A stretch of DNA of 63,895 bases, counting the filler, from Stramenopiles sp. TOSAG23-2 (lineage: Eukaryota): NCBI GenBank assembly GCA_900128395.1. It is 23 parts of 23 records of this genome, joined end to end, with 100 filler letters (N's around TTAATTAATTAA, not from the genome) between each part and the next. Parts side by side here need not be neighbours in the genome. Positions count along the whole stretch, not along the records: positions 25,147 to 27,832 come from LT651584.1; positions 27,933 to 30,616 come from LT651585.1; positions 30,717 to 33,399 come from LT651586.1; positions 33,500 to 36,182 come from LT651587.1; positions 36,283 to 38,965 come from LT651588.1; 18 more parts are not named here. The stretch is one strand, 5' to 3'. This document shows, in pieces, positions 25,147 through 37,825 of this stretch; position 1 is the first letter of the stretch; each line of letters opens with the position of its first letter. The translations under genes were made by a program, and so were the position numbers. The notes beneath the pieces were generated by a model. The model worked only from the letters and a program-made list of their open reading frames with translations, searched no databases and was not told where the DNA came from.

Positions 25147-25814
25147 AAGAGAATTTCATGTATCATGTTATGAATCAACAAGAACAATCAACAAAAAATT
25201 CGTGGTATAAAGCAGTTAAAAATGGTATTGCAGAAGCTGAAGAAAGATATTGTAAACAAGCAAGACGAGTAGGTGATGATAGTGGTGCATGTTTGATTAC
25301 ATGTGTTTTATCAGAAGACAGTTACATTGTTGCTGGTGTTGGTGATTGTCGATGCATCGCAGGTATAGGATGGAATAAAAGAAATAAAAAAGTCATTGCG
25401 TTGAGTACTGATCATACAGCAAAAGTTGAAAGTACTCGAATCCGGCGTGCAGGTGGTAGAGTATTACATGGTAGATTGGATGGTATTTTGGAACCGTCAC
25501 GTACCATCGGTGACTTGGATGTTAAGGATAAAGGAAATACCGGATTAATTGCTACTCCTGAAATGAGGAAAGGAAAAATTGAACAAGATAAATTATATGT
25601 TTTTGTATTGGCATCAGATGGTCTATGGGATGTTTTTAAAAATCATGAAGTAATTAGTTTTATACATAGAGCAATTGAAAATAAAAAAACTGGAAATCCA
25701 TGTAAACAAACAGCAGAATCGAAAAATATTGCAGATCAGTTAGTAGCAGAGGCATCAAGACGAGGTTCAAGAGATGATATTACAGCAATTGTTTGTATTG
25801 TATGGTTACCATAA
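25147..25814 (+). CDS. PP2C/PPM-family protein phosphatase, 5'-partial
   Basis: DSGAC, VGDCR, LSTDH, SRTIGD, LASDGLWD and GSRDDIT motifs. Confidence 0.95.
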
Positions 25815-26230
25815 TTTGTCATATATATAGAAAAATATTTGGACGTGCAATATATATATATATATATTAATATATTAAATGATGGTATTTTTATTACGAA
25901 CGTAATAATGTCAAAAAATAAACAATAATTTGCAAAAAAATATGAAAAAAAAATGTGAGAAAAAAATGCCACAGCCAGCTGGCCAGGACAGCGACAGCAT
26001 ATACAGAGGTATTTTATAATACTTTGTACAGTACCACCACTGGTGGTATAAGAAGAGGATGTGGTGAGAAATAAAAAATATAAAATTATAAAAAATAATA
26101 TGTAAAAAAAGTACGAAATAAGAAAATAAACAATTTAAAATATGCGTGTATGTGTACACTATATATAAAATGTTCTCTTACTCATATATTATATAAAATT
26201 TCTTTTACTCCCGTTCATTAACATCTCAAA

Positions 26231-26509
26231 TCAAAAATGATTTTTATATTCAAAAGATTGTTCCTCAGTCTGTGATTCAGAGTTAGATGAAAGAGCGACT
26301 CCTTCATAAAGTTGTAAATCACATTGTTTAATCAATCTAAATGTTTTTGTATTGTCGTTATCCAACTTAACTTTCAATTTTCCATCCTTACGTGAGGTCG
26401 CCTCAATAACTGTCCCTCTACTTCCTTGTTTAAATGTTGCATTACCTGTTGTATAGTCCTTCGTTAATTGTATTTCGCGCCCAACAATATGTGTATGTAC
26501 TATATACAT
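26231..26509 (-). CDS. Small hypothetical protein or exon with an SH3/KOW-like pattern
   Basis: VGREIQLTKDY...FKQGSRGTVIE...LKVKLDND reads as coding. Boundaries are uncertain. Confidence 0.35.
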   Translation of the reverse strand: MYIVHTHIVGREIQLTKDYTTGNATFKQGSRGTVIEATSRKDGKLKVKLDNDNTKTFRLIKQCDLQLYEGVALSSNSESQTEEQSFEYKNHF

Positions 26510-26648
26510 TTTTTATAATTTTACGAAGAAAGAGAGTATGTAATAAAAATATTTTTACGACACAGAGAGTAAAAAAAAATACGAGTATAAAACTTTTTAA
26601 AATTTAACCAGGATTATATCTACATATTTTAAATTATGTGTCGACTTT

Positions 26649-27832
26649 TTATTCCGTATTTCCCTCTTCTTCTCCAGTTACATCACCAGTTGCATCACCA
26701 GTTGCATTACCGGTGGCATCACCGGTTGCATCACCAGTTTCTGCTTCATCTTCATCTTCATCTTCTTGCATTTCCGCTTCCTCTGCATTAACTTCCTCTT
26801 TTGAAGCTTTCTCGCCATTCGTGTCATCATTATCGTCGTCGTCATCATCGTTCTCCGCGCTACCACTTGCACTCTCTTCCTCCTTTGTAGCTTGTTCGCC
26901 ATCCGCATCGTCGTTCTCCGCGCTACCACTTGCACTATGTTCCTCCTTTGTAGCTTGTTCGCCATTCGCATCACCGTCATCATCATCGTCGTCGTCATCG
27001 GTATCGTTGCCAGACGCACTACCACTGGCATCGTTTGCTTCAGTATTGCCAGCTTCATCGTTTGTTGTAGGATTTTTTTCATCGGCATCCAAATCATCTA
27101 TACCAGTTGTCTCTTTCAATTCCTTCTTTTCTTTCTCAACTTCCTCCGAAATTTCATCTGCTTTCTTTTCAACAGGAGTAGCGTCGTCATCATCATCATC
27201 ACCAGCACCAGAGATTGCTTTTTTGGCTTCCTCTGCTTTTTCTATAGCGGCATCTTTCATTTTAGCGCTTGCTCTTCTAGCTCCCTCGGCTGCTTCACCA
27301 GCTTTCTCCATAGCAATCTTTTTCATTTTAAGTGCTCTCTCTTTGGCCCTTGCAAACATTCCTGATCCACGTTTTTTAGCAGGCTTTCCATTGTTTCCAT
27401 CAGCATCACTTGTATCCGTGCCATCTGAAATTTCATCTGCTTTCATTTCAACAGGAGTAGCGTCGTCATCATCATCATCACCAGCACCAGAGATTGCTTT
27501 TTTGGCTTCCTCTGCTTTTTCTATAGCGGCATCTTTCATTTTAGCGCTTGCTCTTTTAGCTCCCTCGGCTGCTTCACCAGCTTTCTCCATAGCAATCTTT
27601 TTCATTTTAAGTGCTCTCTCTTTGGCCCTTGCAAACATTCCTGATCCACGTTTTTTAGCAGGCTTTCCATCGTTTCCATCAGCTTTAGCGCTTGCTCTTT
27701 TAGCTCCCTCGGCTGCTTCACCAGCTTTCTCCATAGCAGCATCTTTTATTTCTCTCATTTTACTAGCAGTTTGATTGGCTTTCTCCATAGCAATCTTTTT
27801 CATTTTAAGTGCTCTCTCTTTGGCCCTTGCAA
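26649..27832 (-). CDS. Low-complexity Ala/Lys/Glu repeat protein with an acidic tail, 5'-partial
   Basis: Repeated KKRGSGMFARAKERALKMKKIAMEKAGEAAEGA and KDAAIEKAEEAKKAISGAGDDDDDD blocks, then a D/E-rich tail with ATGD repeats. Confidence 0.8.
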
Positions 27833-27932
27833 NNNNNNNNNNNNNNNNNNNNNNNNNNNNNNNNNNNNNNNNNNNNTTAATTAATTAANNNNNNNNNNNN
27901 NNNNNNNNNNNNNNNNNNNNNNNNNNNNNNNN

Positions 27933-30616
27933 TAAATTGGTCCAATATTTATAATATTTTCTTCTTAATTTATCCATTGTCGTTTGACATTTACTTTCCA
28001 TACCTAATCTTGCATCATTTGCAACGGTGACCGATTTGTCGCGATTTTTAGTTAATACGTCAATTTTCAACATATGATCATTTTCCAGATTTGCAAATGC
28101 CAAATTATGTTCCGTTTTTAATGATTCTAATAATATTAAATGATCCTTTTCGATTTGTTCACTTTTATTTACATGATCATTTTTGAAGTTACTTAACGCC
28201 AACTTGTGTTTTTCATTTAACCTTGCAATTTCATCTATATGATAAGCTTTTATCCGAGACTCTTTTTCTATCGATTCATTCCGAATATCGTCAACAACAG
28301 ATTGATTTGAAAAATATTTCCAAGTTTGAAATCCTTTTAGCAATTGAACTTTCCGCAAGCGCAAAGTAATGCTTTTAACACGCGTTGTTTGGATATTTTC
28401 CGATGATATTCTAGACACTTCGCGTAAAATCATTCCATGTGTATATTGTTTCCATGATTGGAAGCCCTTCATTAGGCTACATTTTACAATACGCAAAATT
28501 ATATTTCGAAGCGATGTTGATTTATTTTTATGCAAAATATTGTCAATTTTCTTCATATAATTTCGTTCTCTTTCTATTCGTTGACTGTTTAATTTCCGGT
28601 GTGTCTCATTAATTTTTATTCTGTTACTAAAGCTTTTCCATCTATTGAATCCCAAAAATCTAGTCAATTTAGAAAATCGCATAGCTATTCTCATTATTGA
28701 AGTTGATTTTGACTCAAGCAAGAAATTTTTCAATTTCAGTGAATGTGCCTTTTGTAGTTCTGCATATTTGACCACAGACTTCTTATGACTTTCCACCATC
28801 TTTAAAAGAGTTAAAGCATTCTTCCACGTTCTAAAACCTATGAAAACTTTAGATTTCGCAAACCGCATTAAAAGATTCTTAAGAGCTGCTCGTCTTGCAC
28901 TTTTATGCCATAAAGTTTTGTAAGTGCATGCTAACCATTGTTGAAATCTCTCTTTTAATATACGTCCACCTGCAATCCTTGCAGCCCAATTTGACATTGC
29001 TGCGACAGCGTTTGTGTGTTCCTCCATGTTTCGATCTTTATCAGTTTCCGTTTTCCACTTCAAAATGGCACCACTCAATCGTGCTCGTCGGGCTCGAGAG
29101 TATAATCTTCTTGCCATATCTACTTTTGTCTTCCTCATTGCAGCGTGTCCAAGGCATAAAGCGTCTTCTATATTGTATCTGTGAACTACTGATTTCCAGT
29201 GACTTAATGCTAGTGAAAAAAACTGCTTTGAAATGATCCGACTCATTCTTTGACATGATTTTTTTACGTACTTTTTACGCCTTATATTTATATTCCACAT
29301 CATAAAATGGTGCTTTAGTAATCGTATGGATTTACGAGATAGCATATTTTGAAATACAATTTTGTATCTCAACGACAATCTTGTATATAAGATCCACTTA
29401 CACAGCATCTGCTTTAAAAGGTGGTATTTTTTACTAATAAGAAGATTTTTCATATGTCTTAATTTTCGTAATCTGGTAATTTTCTCTTTTTGTATCTGTG
29501 TTGAAAAACTTTTCCATGAGAAAAACGCAAGTCTGCGGGAAGATTTTCTTACAGCTGCTATCATCCTTGATATTATGGCAGAATCTGATTTATTATCTTC
29601 ACTATATTTACGCCAATTCCGGAATACCATCAAAACCAAAGACCTTCTAGCAATTTTTAAATGTTGTTTTAGTAGTGTGTACATGTGATCTTTACGTACT
29701 TCAGCCTCGGCCATAAGTTGAGAATTAGCCTTTAATTTCTTTAAACCATAGGTTAGCAAACGGTATCGTTTCCACTTTAGACGCTGCAATATAATGTGTC
29801 GCTTTTCAATCTTGTCAAGTACGTGCTGTCTCCATGCATACAACATAACCCTACATTTTTTTTTTCTAAATTGCCTCCAAAGAGATAACGCAAAGTTGAA
29901 CTTTCTGTGGTCCAATACATTTTCAAACTCGAGAGTTGAGACGCTAGTTTTAATCCTAGACCATGCTCGCATTAAAAGATCACGGCGTTTCCATTTAAAT
30001 AGTTCTAAAATCGTACGGCGTTTTCGCATGTCATTGGAAACAAAATCTTTCCAAGCTCGAATCAGCTTTCGCAGTTTTTTCTTCTTTAACTGACGCCAAG
30101 TAGAAATGGCAATCATTAATTGCTGGAGTTAAAAGATCACGGCGTTTCCATTTAAATAGTTCTAAAATCGTACGGCGTTTTCGCATGTCATTGGAAACAA
30201 AATCTTTCCAAGCTCGAATCAGCTTTCGCAGTTTTTTCTTCTTTAACTGACGCCAAGTAGAAATGGCAATCATTAATTGCTTCTTATTGTGTATTGCCTG
30301 GTGCTGATCACGAACACTTTGGCGATGCCAAAAATGAAACGACAAAAACAGCTGGCGACGAAAGTGATTACCAAATATATGACTACACAATACCCGCTTA
30401 TATTTCCGTTTCTGGCTATATTTATACCATCTAGAAAAACTATATTTTCGACGTATGTGATTGTAATTAGTAAAGATACGAGACACAGATTTATCACGAT
30501 TTCGTTGTAGACGCAACGATAGCACGTTTTCACGCCATATGCGAAGAATACGAGATTTATTTAAATTGGTCCAATATTTATAATATTTTCTTCTTAATTT
30601 ATCCATTGTCGTTTGA
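27933..30616 (-). CDS. Sfi1-like (centrin-binding-type) Trp-repeat helical protein, internal segment with no evident start or stop
   Basis: Periodic (F/L)xxW(K/R) motifs in basic helical sequence (AFFSWKSF, GFRTWKN, GFNRWKSF, GFQSWKQY, GFQTWKYF). The frame break is explained by a 157-bp duplication. Confidence 0.7.
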
Positions 30617-30716
30617 NNNNNNNNNNNNNNNNNNNNNNNNNNNNNNNNNNNNNNNNNNNNTTAATTAATTAANNNNNNNNNNNNNNNNNNNNNNNNNNNN
30701 NNNNNNNNNNNNNNNN

Positions 30717-32909
30717 ATTATTATTGTTATTATTACTAAAACACCAAAAGCACCAATAAACAAAAAATTAGCTTCAGCCATAAAACTTACTTCTAGTAAA
30801 AATGCTGTAACAGATTCGCCTTTAACTGGTACAACAAGTGCTGGTGCTGAATTATTTAGTCCATCCGAAGGTTTAGATATAGGTGAGCTTGCGTTGACAC
30901 CTCCTGAAATGGGAGATTTGGGCTTTAAAAAGACCGATGGGAAAGACTCTAATGCTAAGCGCGAACTTGCAATGTCAGAAGATAGTGCTGTTGACGACGT
31001 ATCTGAATTATTGCAAACAACACCGACTAATGCGAAGAAAGGGGCACATAATAAGCGTGCCTCGACGGCGTGGGTACATAACACAGAATTAGAAGGAGAA
31101 CAAGTTGTTATGACTACACCAAATGTTTTATATTTTTCACCAATTAGCAAAGATGGTTTTAAAGGTTCGCTAGAAGTAACAAATTTTAAAATGCGATTTA
31201 AACCAATCGATGCAAACGATTCATCAAAAGTACCTGCAGGCTTATTTACCATCCCATTGATGACCATTGATCGTATGACTTTGAAAAAATTAGATCCAGT
31301 ACCAATTTCCAAAACCTCCATGAATTTAGAACCATTTCAACCAACAGAAATTTACATGTTATGCAAAGATGCAAGGCATTTACGATTTGAGGTACATGAT
31401 CGTGCTATGAGGATGGATAAATTAGAAATGTTATTTACCGCATTTGTATATCCAAATAATCCAAAACATTTATTTGCATTTGATCATAAATATCCACATG
31501 TTTCGAATGAACCAGGTACTGGTTGGGATGTTTATCAAGCAAAAAGAGAATGGCAAAGGTTGGGACTGATACCTAGTGGTGATAAAATTTCAAAAGCAAA
31601 TGTATTAGCACCAATGTTACGTGAAACCAAGTTAAATGAAAATTACAAAATTTGCAATACATATCCAAAAGTTTTATTGGTACCATCAAGTATTGAGGAT
31701 AATATTGTTCGTGAATGTTCCACCTTTAGAACAAAAGGGAGGTTGCCAGTATGCACTTGGGTGCATCAAAATGGTGGTTCGTTATGGCGTAGTAGTCAAC
31801 CACGCGTAGGATTAAGGGGCAATACAAATAAAGCAGATGAGGCATATTTACGTGCTATGGCAGCAACTTCTCCTAGGAAAGGTAATAAAATTTTAGTCAT
31901 AGCTGATGCACGGCCAAAATTAAATGCAATAGGCAATCGTGCACGTGGTGGTGGATTTGAAGGATCGAACTATCGCAATATTCGTTTTCGATTTTGGGAT
32001 ATTGGTAACATACATGAGGCAAGGGGTAGTTTTAATAAAATAGCATCTGTAGCAATGAATGCTGGGAATGACTTATCCTTTGATAGTGCAATAGCTGATA
32101 CACAATGGTATCAACACGTACGCTCTATATTACGTGCATCAATTTATGTAGTAGAACAAATAGTTGGGCAGCAACGCGCTGTATTGATACATTGTAGCGA
32201 TGGGTGGGATCGCACCCCGCAGACATGTTCCTTGGCTCAATTAATGATGGATCCGTTTTATCGTACTATTCGTGGATTTCAAATTTTAATACAAAAATCT
32301 TTTTGCAATTTTGGTCATAGAGTACATTATCGAACCGGCCATGGGGAGAAAAATGGAAGTGATTATGACAGTGACCGTGGACCGATTATATACATGTTTA
32401 TAGATGCTGTATATCAATTAGTAAATCAATTTCCAACTGCATTTGAGTTTAATGAATCCATGTTATTGGATATTGTAGATAATTTATGGTCATGCTGTTT
32501 TGGAACTTTTTTGATGAACAATGAACGGGAACGTTTAGATTTGAACATACCGGGAATGACAGTGTCGCTATGGTCTTATATTGATCATGAAAGGAAACGT
32601 TACTTGAATCCGTTTTATGATAAAAATTATCCAAAAGAAATTCGTGCGCGGTTTCCTGCAGTTGCCAGACAAGTTTGCTTATGGAAATCGTTTTTCTTAC
32701 GTTTTAGTCCTGTTTTACCATTTCACTCGTGTCCATGTCCCAAAGTTTCGAATTTTAAAGAATTCCTTTTGAATAATGCGGAAGCGATAGAAGAGCAAGT
32801 GAAGGCTTTGAAATCAGCAGAAGAAGCTGATAATGAAGTAGAGAATACGAATTTATTAAATGCAATACATTTAATTACACAAACATTTGCATTGAAATCT
32901 TTGAAGTGA
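30717..32909 (+). CDS. Myotubularin-family phosphoinositide 3-phosphatase, 5'-partial
   Basis: Catalytic HCSDGWDRT, ICNTYP, RSSQP, DARP and QFPTAFEFNE motifs, preceded by a PH-GRAM-like region. Confidence 0.96.
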   Translation: MIIVIITKTPKAPINKKLASAIKLTSSKNAVTDSPLTGTTSAGAELFSPSEGLDIGELALTPPEMGDLGFKKTDGKDSNAKRELAMSEDSAVDDVSELLQTTPTNAKKGAHNKRASTAWVHNTELEGEQVVMTTPNVLYFSPISKDGFKGSLEVTNFKMRFKPIDANDSSKVPAGLFTIPLMTIDRMTLKKLDPVPISKTSMNLEPFQPTEIYMLCKDARHLRFEVHDRAMRMDKLEMLFTAFVYPNNPKHLFAFDHKYPHVSNEPGTGWDVYQAKREWQRLGLIPSGDKISKANVLAPMLRETKLNENYKICNTYPKVLLVPSSIEDNIVRECSTFRTKGRLPVCTWVHQNGGSLWRSSQPRVGLRGNTNKADEAYLRAMAATSPRKGNKILVIADARPKLNAIGNRARGGGFEGSNYRNIRFRFWDIGNIHEARGSFNKIASVAMNAGNDLSFDSAIADTQWYQHVRSILRASIYVVEQIVGQQRAVLIHCSDGWDRTPQTCSLAQLMMDPFYRTIRGFQILIQKSFCNFGHRVHYRTGHGEKNGSDYDSDRGPIIYMFIDAVYQLVNQFPTAFEFNESMLLDIVDNLWSCCFGTFLMNNERERLDLNIPGMTVSLWSYIDHERKRYLNPFYDKNYPKEIRARFPAVARQVCLWKSFFLRFSPVLPFHSCPCPKVSNFKEFLLNNAEAIEEQVKALKSAEEADNEVENTNLLNAIHLITQTFALKSLK

Positions 32910-33583
32910 TACATTAACAAATAATGTAAGTATTGTCACACACCAAAATATATTCGCAACATATAAATATTTACACATAATATAATATATATATTATGCT
33001 CACGTTGAGTCCGTACGGTATAAAATATGTGCCGTCTGGAATTTTGTTGAGCTACATCAAATCTTATTACTATAAGTGGGTTAATCTTGTCCCGTGTGCA
33101 ATATATATCATTTGTATCTCGGTTGTTTTTATTTTGTCCACCCGCACATTTTTTTTTTTTCAAAATGTATATATCTATATATAATGTATCATTTTCCATT
33201 TTCTTAACACATCTGTAATTGGTATATTTACTAACAATTTACATTTTATTGAATTTATTTACTAATGAACATGTTGATAAAAAGTTACAGTATTTTAAAT
33301 TACAATTTGTAAAGTTTTTTGTGTTTTTTATACAATAACACTATTTACCATTACAACTCGCATATTTTCCATCAAATTTCACTAAAAGTCGTATACACTN
33401 NNNNNNNNNNNNNNNNNNNNNNNNNNNNNNNNNNNNNNNNNNNTTAATTAATTAANNNNNNNNNNNNNNNNNNNNNNNNNNNNNNNNNNNNNNNNNNNNA
33501 TATACAAATTTGTACATACATGCATATACATTTATACCATTTTATTTCATTTAATATCTGTCTATACCCATCTCATTTGTCAC

Positions 33584-34123
33584 ATGTCGTCTAATTCATC
33601 ACCAAAGTCATCTCCTGAAAAAAATGAAAAGAAAAAAGTATTTAAAATGGGGGGTGGTGGAATATCGGCAGATGGTACAAAAAAAGTAAAAAAAGAAAAG
33701 AAATCACCTTCAAGATTAACACGGTTTATTCCACAAGAAGAACGTAAAAATGAAATCAGTGCATATTTAAATAGGAAAAAGAAGAGTTTATTGACAAAGA
33801 ACATTGAGAAAAAAATGGATAGCTTTGTTCAAGAAGGTGTTGATGAATATAATGCGAAAAAATCAAAAGAAGCAGGACAAATGCTAAAACAAGTATATTT
33901 AATAGAAAAACGAAATAAACTAAGTAATTTTAAAGTAGAGAATAAACAAGCACGTAAAGAAGTAAAAGCAAAGGTGAAAGGTAAATGGGTATATGATAAG
34001 CCACTTTCACGTTTGAAACCTGGTGAATTTAGCAATGCTGAAGCTGCATATAGGGCAGGAAAGCCAAAAGATTTTAAAGATATCCCTGATCGATTTCCTG
34101 CTACATTATTGGAGCGTACATAA
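33584..34123 (+). CDS. Lys-rich hypothetical protein
   Basis: 179-codon ATG ORF with host-like codon usage; no recognised motif. Confidence 0.65.
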   Translation: MSSNSSPKSSPEKNEKKKVFKMGGGGISADGTKKVKKEKKSPSRLTRFIPQEERKNEISAYLNRKKKSLLTKNIEKKMDSFVQEGVDEYNAKKSKEAGQMLKQVYLIEKRNKLSNFKVENKQARKEVKAKVKGKWVYDKPLSRLKPGEFSNAEAAYRAGKPKDFKDIPDRFPATLLERT

Positions 34124-34304
34124 AAAAATATTCGTATTATATTATACTTTGTAAATTATTTTTTTAAATATGATAGCATTGCAAATATGAAATATGGAAA
34201 AAGGTGAAAACAAAATTTAACTTTTTAGTCTAACACACAGAGAGAGACAGACACACACACATTATATATAATTATATATATAACTGCGGTGTTATTTTTA
34301 TATT

Positions 34305-36088
34305 TTATTTTGTATTTTGTTCTGATAACAATCCATCGTACATAATACCAGCGTTTAATGGCATCATACAGACATTATCACCACCATTATCTTTTTGATT
34401 TAACCAATGTTCCTCTACATTTTTCAATGAATTGTTACCTAATACAATTGCTACAATAGCATCATATCCACCAGCTCCTGGAACACTACATGATAAGACA
34501 CCAGGCAATTTCATAGTACTATTACATAACAACGTTTGCTCAGTTGGTTCAATTGGTACACCAGCATTATCACCCATTTTTTTTAATGCAATTCGTGTAT
34601 TTAAAAATAATGATTTTAATTTTAATAATTTCATAATGATTTCCTTGCTAATGTTTAATTTTTCGGACAAGTCCATCGTCTTTAATTTTTCAATTTCTAT
34701 AGTTTCATCATTTTTTGCCAACGGGACAACTTTAAAAATATCTGTTAGATAATCATACAATTTCTCGTTCACAATATATTTATCATCGTCGTTTTCTTTT
34801 TCGATACCCCATTCTTCGCTTGTTATGTTTTCGCATAGATGTATTGTTTGGCGATATATATAATTATGGTCTTTTGATATTTGTATTAAATTTAAAAATT
34901 CTTTTTCGATTTGTAAATTCCACTCTCCTAATTGATTCCAAAGAGTTAGGCCGAAATCTTCCGTAGTTTCCTTACGATCAAATTTTTCTTTTGATAATTT
35001 TAACCATGCTTTCACTTTTCGAACCATTGATGGTGTCGATGATCCAGCACTAATATCACCTAATCCCATACGGAATGATTCAGGTAATCCAAATGGCTTG
35101 GATTGAAAATTCCATTTTTCATTTACATCATTATAAATCACATCTTTTAATATCGTTTTGCTAGGTCCAAGTAACATATTCTGTGGAGTATTGTTGCCAT
35201 TATTATTATCCCCATCATCATCTTGGTTCAATACTGGTAATAAAATATCTGGATTGCATCGAATATACCTATTACTACCAAAACATGCTGCACATACATC
35301 AAATCCACTACCAACTTTTCCTTGAGCAACAATATGTACAACTTGAGAAACACGATGCACTAACTCAAGTCCATTTGATCCTCGTGTTCTTTCCTCTAAT
35401 GTAGGTTTTGATGGTAATTCTACTATATTGAAAATAGACAATATTGATGCTACGAATGATGTGACAAGTGCTGCTGAACTTCCTAAGCCAGTTTTATTAA
35501 CTTTTTTTAATGGTCTGCAAGGTGGTAAACGACGCAATGAAGCTACATTTTCAGGCCATCCAAGACGCTTTAACTCCTCGCGTTGGGAGTAAAATGAATT
35601 ATCTGCTTCCAATATTACGAAAAGATATTTTTGTAATGGATCTGGAAAAATATTACTTGTATCATGTTGTGATATTAAAATTAGTGTAATACAATACGTA
35701 ATACATGTTTCAATGTATGGATTACGACTTGGTATTTTTGAGGTATCTTTATTATTTAGTAACAACTCGTTTGNNNNNNNNNNNNNNNNNNNNNNNNNNN
35801 NNNNNNNNNTACTACTTTATCGTCAATATATTTAATATCGTATTTATACGTTGTATTGAACTGTGGACTGCGTACTACTATTGTTAATAGCAAATCATTT
35901 CCATTCGATGGTTTTTGTATAGTAATAGTATCCTCGTTTTTATTATTATTATTCTTGTATAATTGCCAACTTGTAGTTGTATGAAATTTCGATGTTGTTG
36001 CAATAGTTAATCCAATATTTGGACGATTTAATACAAGATATCCACCAGCAATTAATACTTTACCAGGGGCAGAACATTTTGTTTGCAT
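34305..36088 (-). CDS. ERG8: Phosphomevalonate kinase (ERG8/GHMP type), spanning an internal N gap at 35774-35809
   Basis: SAPGKVLIAGGYLVL, ADNSFYSQ, KTGLGSSAA, AQGKVGSGFDV, VPIEPTEQT and VPGAGGYDA motifs. Confidence 0.95.
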
Positions 36089-36599
36089 GTTTATATATAT
36101 ACTTTTCCAATTGAAACTAAGCCACAGTTTGATATTTCTTATTTCCCGATTGGTTGTTGGCAATTACAATAATATATATATANNNNNNNNNNNNNNNNNN
36201 NNNNNNNNNNNNNNNNNNNNNNNNNNTTAATTAATTAANNNNNNNNNNNNNNNNNNNNNNNNNNNNNNNNNNNNNNNNNNNNTTATACTACAATATTACA
36301 CATAAATAGATCCTTATAATATTAAAAACAACATATACCAACACAAGATACATTATTGACACCCACACACTTCAGGGCAGGGAATTATTAATAATATGTG
36401 AGTCTAACGACGATTAGCACAAACATATAATTTAGCACATGTCCTTGCATTTTTCTGTTTATTTTACATATTCCAGGAGGAATATTCAATTAGGAGGAAC
36501 GAATATTCCTCATTCCTTGAACTTGTAGAAGAAAAACAAAGAGGAGATTGAATTGAACACTGTCTCATTCTTGAAACATTTATTTGCTACATATTTAAC

Positions 36600-37825
36600 A
36601 TGTCGAGGGTTATATATAAACATTTCACTGCATCATCTTCATCAACGTCAAAGGATAAATTCCAACTACCAAAAGAAGATTTATTAGGTGGTGCAGGATG
36701 TAAGTAAAATATACATATATATATATAGTGTGTAGCTTGCTCCAGTATCATTGCATAATTCCTTTCTATTCGTTTATTGCCTAATATAACTGACATAAAA
36801 CATATTTTCGATTCCTTTCTATTCGTTTATTGCCTAATATAACATCAGTCTTGGATCGACTAGGTATGAAACAAGAAGCAACTCCAGCAAAGCCAATTAA
36901 GAAGACTCGAAGAGATGAGCTATATATAACTTTAAAAAAATTAAATTTATTGAAACATGTTCAACAACTGAGTGAGGAAGGCTATTGTATAGTGGAAGAT
37001 GCAATCCCACCAGAAATGGTAAAGCGTCTGCGTGATCGTGTCATTGAAGTTGGCAAAGACCAACTAAATAAGAAAAGAAGAAGTGGGCAAAAATTTGCGC
37101 AAGTAGGTGCACTCTTTTACAAGGGGCGTGTTTTTGAAGAAGCAGTGCAATTACCAAAACAAGTTGCATTAGCAGAATACATGTTGGGCGCAAATTATAG
37201 TGCCTGGCAATTCCTTGCTAGCGTAAGAGGCGAAGGTACGAAAGGATTGCCGGTGCACAATGATTTGGGCCCAGGCTGGCGTGTGCCTTTTCAAAGTTTC
37301 CCTGAAATGTGTACGTCGCTATATATTTTGGATGAGTTTAATCAAGACGCAGGAAGTACATTTGTAGTTCCTCGCACACATCATTTAAGAAGACGTCCCG
37401 ATATCCGTAATCGAAAAGATAGGGCGTACATTGAAAAGCATGCAATACCAATTGTTGCAAAACCAGGATCAATTGCTATTTGGGATGCTCGGATGTGGCA
37501 TGGCAGTCTTCCACGAAAATTAAAAGGTGAACGGGTTGTTCTCTCGTATGCTGCCACAAGGGTATATTTCCGACCAAGCGATGATTATACAGAATTGCCT
37601 GAGGAAGTATTTGAAAGAAACGATGATTTCTTTGCCAGGTTAGTTGGAAGAGGCATTGGTTATGGTGAACTTGGCATTGAAGCAGGTGTTTTATTTGGTG
37701 GGGCGCGGGATGCAAATAAAACTGGTGCATGGATAAATGAAGAGGAAAATTTAAGCTTACTAGATACGGATAAACGATTAAAGACTGCATCAGTAAAATT
37801 TAAACCAGAAGGGATGGATCCATAA
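36600..37825 (+). CDS. Phytanoyl-CoA dioxygenase (PhyH)-family 2OG-Fe(II) oxygenase, two exons (intron 36700-36848)
   Basis: EGYCIVEDAI, HND (HxD), GSTFVVPRTH and WDARMWHGS motifs. The GTAAGT...CAG intron joins the exons in frame. Confidence 0.9.
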
